DNA from: an uncultured Eubacteriales bacterium
Lineage (GTDB): Bacteria; Bacillota; Clostridia; Oscillospirales; CAG-272
Length of the DNA: 64,000 nt
Assembly (NCBI GenBank): GCA_934371135.1
Contig: CAKRNO010000005.1
Coordinates: forward strand, 607 to 64,606
Direction of reading: 5' to 3'
The position numbers and the translations under genes were made by a program. A model generated the notes under the pieces. That model was given only the letters and a program-made list of their open reading frames with translations, searched no databases and was not told the DNA's origin. Positions within the stretch are counted from its first letter, which is position 1; each line of letters opens with the position of its first letter. Shown piece by piece: positions 62,803-64,000 of this stretch.

Positions 62803-63654
62803 ATGAAACGCAATACCAGAGAAATCCTCAATATGCTCTCGGCGGCAGGGCTCGTGCTCCTGACGCTGCTCCTCGCGCTGGGGGTGCACGCCTGCCGGAA
62901 CACCGAGGAGGCAAAAGCCCGACGGGCGCAGACCCTGCGCGCAGGCGGCGTCCCGGAGACAGAGACGCATACGCTCACCGTGCCCCCGACCGCCCCCCTC
63001 CCCCTGCCGTCGGCGGCGTCGCCCTTATCCCGGGAGAGCCTTGCCCGCGTGCGCGAGACCTTGGTCGTCCTCGCCCCGTCGCTCGACGGCGCGGAGCCGG
63101 TTTTCTCGGCAACACCCGGTCTTTTGGTCTCGCCCTCTCTGCTCGCGCCGCTCTCCGATCTCGCCGCCGCGTTCCACGCGGCGCGCCCCCGGGAGACCCT
63201 GCATATCACGGCGGCGTTCACCCCGGATGTGACCTCTCCCTCCGCGACGGGGCTCTCGGTGTCCCTCTCCGTGCGGCACACGACCGATGACGGCAGAGTG
63301 GAGACGCTGTCCCTCTCCAGCCTGCCGGACGCCGCCGCCACCCTCGCGGCAGAGCGCGCCCGCTACGGTTTTGTTTCCCCCGGCGGCGACGACGCCTCCC
63401 TGTATTTCGTCGGTTACCCGCACGCCACCCTTATGGAGGAGCGGCACCTCACCCCCGCGCAGTACCTGACGTATATCTCCCTGTTCTCGCAGGCGGAGCC
63501 CCTCACCGCCCGCGTCTGCGGCAACGTCTACCGCGTCTTTTACCTCCCCGCCGAGAACGGCTCCGCCCGCCTCACCCTCCCGCGCGACACCCCCTTTTCG
63601 CTCCTGCCCGTCGGCTCCGCCGGCTTCATCGCCGTCCTCCCCGGCGACGCCTGA
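62803..63654 (+). CDS. Membrane-anchored VanY/M15B-like protein, probably catalytically degenerate
   Basis: N-terminal TM helix. C-terminal ARYGFV...YFVGYPHATLMEE...TPAQYL resembles the VanY C-terminus, but the usual SxHxxGxAxD and WH residues were not seen. Confidence 0.55.
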   Translation: MKRNTREILNMLSAAGLVLLTLLLALGVHACRNTEEAKARRAQTLRAGGVPETETHTLTVPPTAPLPLPSAASPLSRESLARVRETLVVLAPSLDGAEPVFSATPGLLVSPSLLAPLSDLAAAFHAARPRETLHITAAFTPDVTSPSATGLSVSLSVRHTTDDGRVETLSLSSLPDAAATLAAERARYGFVSPGGDDASLYFVGYPHATLMEERHLTPAQYLTYISLFSQAEPLTARVCGNVYRVFYLPAENGSARLTLPRDTPFSLLPVGSAGFIAVLPGDA

Positions 63655-63793
63655 CCCCATTCTCCCCGCCATCCGACATCGCGCACCGACCATGACACCG
63701 CCCCGGCGCTTCCCCTCACCCTGACGTCTGACACTGCGCACCGTCGCTCCCCGCGCTGACCCGGTTGCCCGCGCGCTGCGGCTCCCCTACAAT

Positions 63794-63829
63794 AAAAAAG
63801 AGTACCGACAAAAACCGGTACTCTTTTTT
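63794..63829. terminator. Bidirectional terminator
   Basis: AAAAAAGAGTACCG-ACAAAAAC-CGGTACTCTTTTTT. Confidence 0.7.
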
Positions 63830-63878
63830 ATTCACCCCCGATGGGCGGCAAACGGTTCTCGGGACAAACCCCGCCCCG

Positions 63879-64000
63879 TCACTCCGCGAGGTGGCGGCAG
63901 ACCGCCTCGGCGACCTCTGCCGCGTTCTCGACTACCACGCCGCTGATCAGGCACGCCTGTGCCCAGAGGATCTTCGCGACCTCGGCGAGTCTGTCCTTGT
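63879..64000 (-). CDS. 3' end of an unidentified gene (partial, continues beyond the window)
   Basis: Open frame ending ...KDRLAEVAKILWAQACLISGVVVENAAEVAEAVCRHLAE then TGA (63879-63881), followed by the bidirectional terminator. Confidence 0.5.
   Translation of the reverse strand, partial: KDRLAEVAKILWAQACLISGVVVENAAEVAEAVCRHLAE

Overview
By eye this is a high-GC (roughly over 60% G+C, not computed) chromosomal window of Firmicutes/Clostridia type; the taxon is inferred from gene content only. Most of it is tightly packed housekeeping genes: mrnC-hisS, trkH-trkA, guaA, an ABC-F ATPase, trxA, pyk, radC, trmB, dapA, queA, ruvX, rimO, pgsA and rpsO-pnp. There are three tRNA genes (Leu-UAA, Ser-UGA, Leu-CAG), each with a near-consensus sigma-70 promoter.

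Accessory content:
1. A compact phage-derived block of about 14 kb (37.9-52.0 kb). It has a CI-like repressor, a few small early ORFs and a complete head/packaging operon. That operon runs into a 291-aa protein, a 918-aa LRR-containing protein and three overlapping membrane proteins. I could not recognise an integrase, replication, tail-fibre or lysis gene.
2. Two 144-nt structured units in tandem (191-nt period) just upstream of that operon.
3. Two visibly AT-rich islets carrying orphan genes: a GIY-YIG protein next to tRNA-Ser, flanked by a 10-bp direct repeat of the tRNA 3' end, and a 433-aa secreted orphan.
4. Three copies of the 3'-end core of tRNA-Leu(CAG), each with a terminator-like module. 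One copy sits just upstream of a truncated RNHCP gene.
5. A DinJ/RelB-Doc toxin-antitoxin pair.
6. A tandem RadC pair in which one copy has a degenerate JAB motif.
7. An operon of DUF5685, a J-domain protein with a cysteine string, and a membrane protein.
8. A gene-free AT-rich block of about 650 bp with iterated TGACA-N8-TGTCA / TTTGTCAGTAA motifs.

Many long ORFs in the track are antisense shadows typical of high-GC DNA and were discarded. All functional calls come from motifs recognised by eye in the translations. No database search was run.
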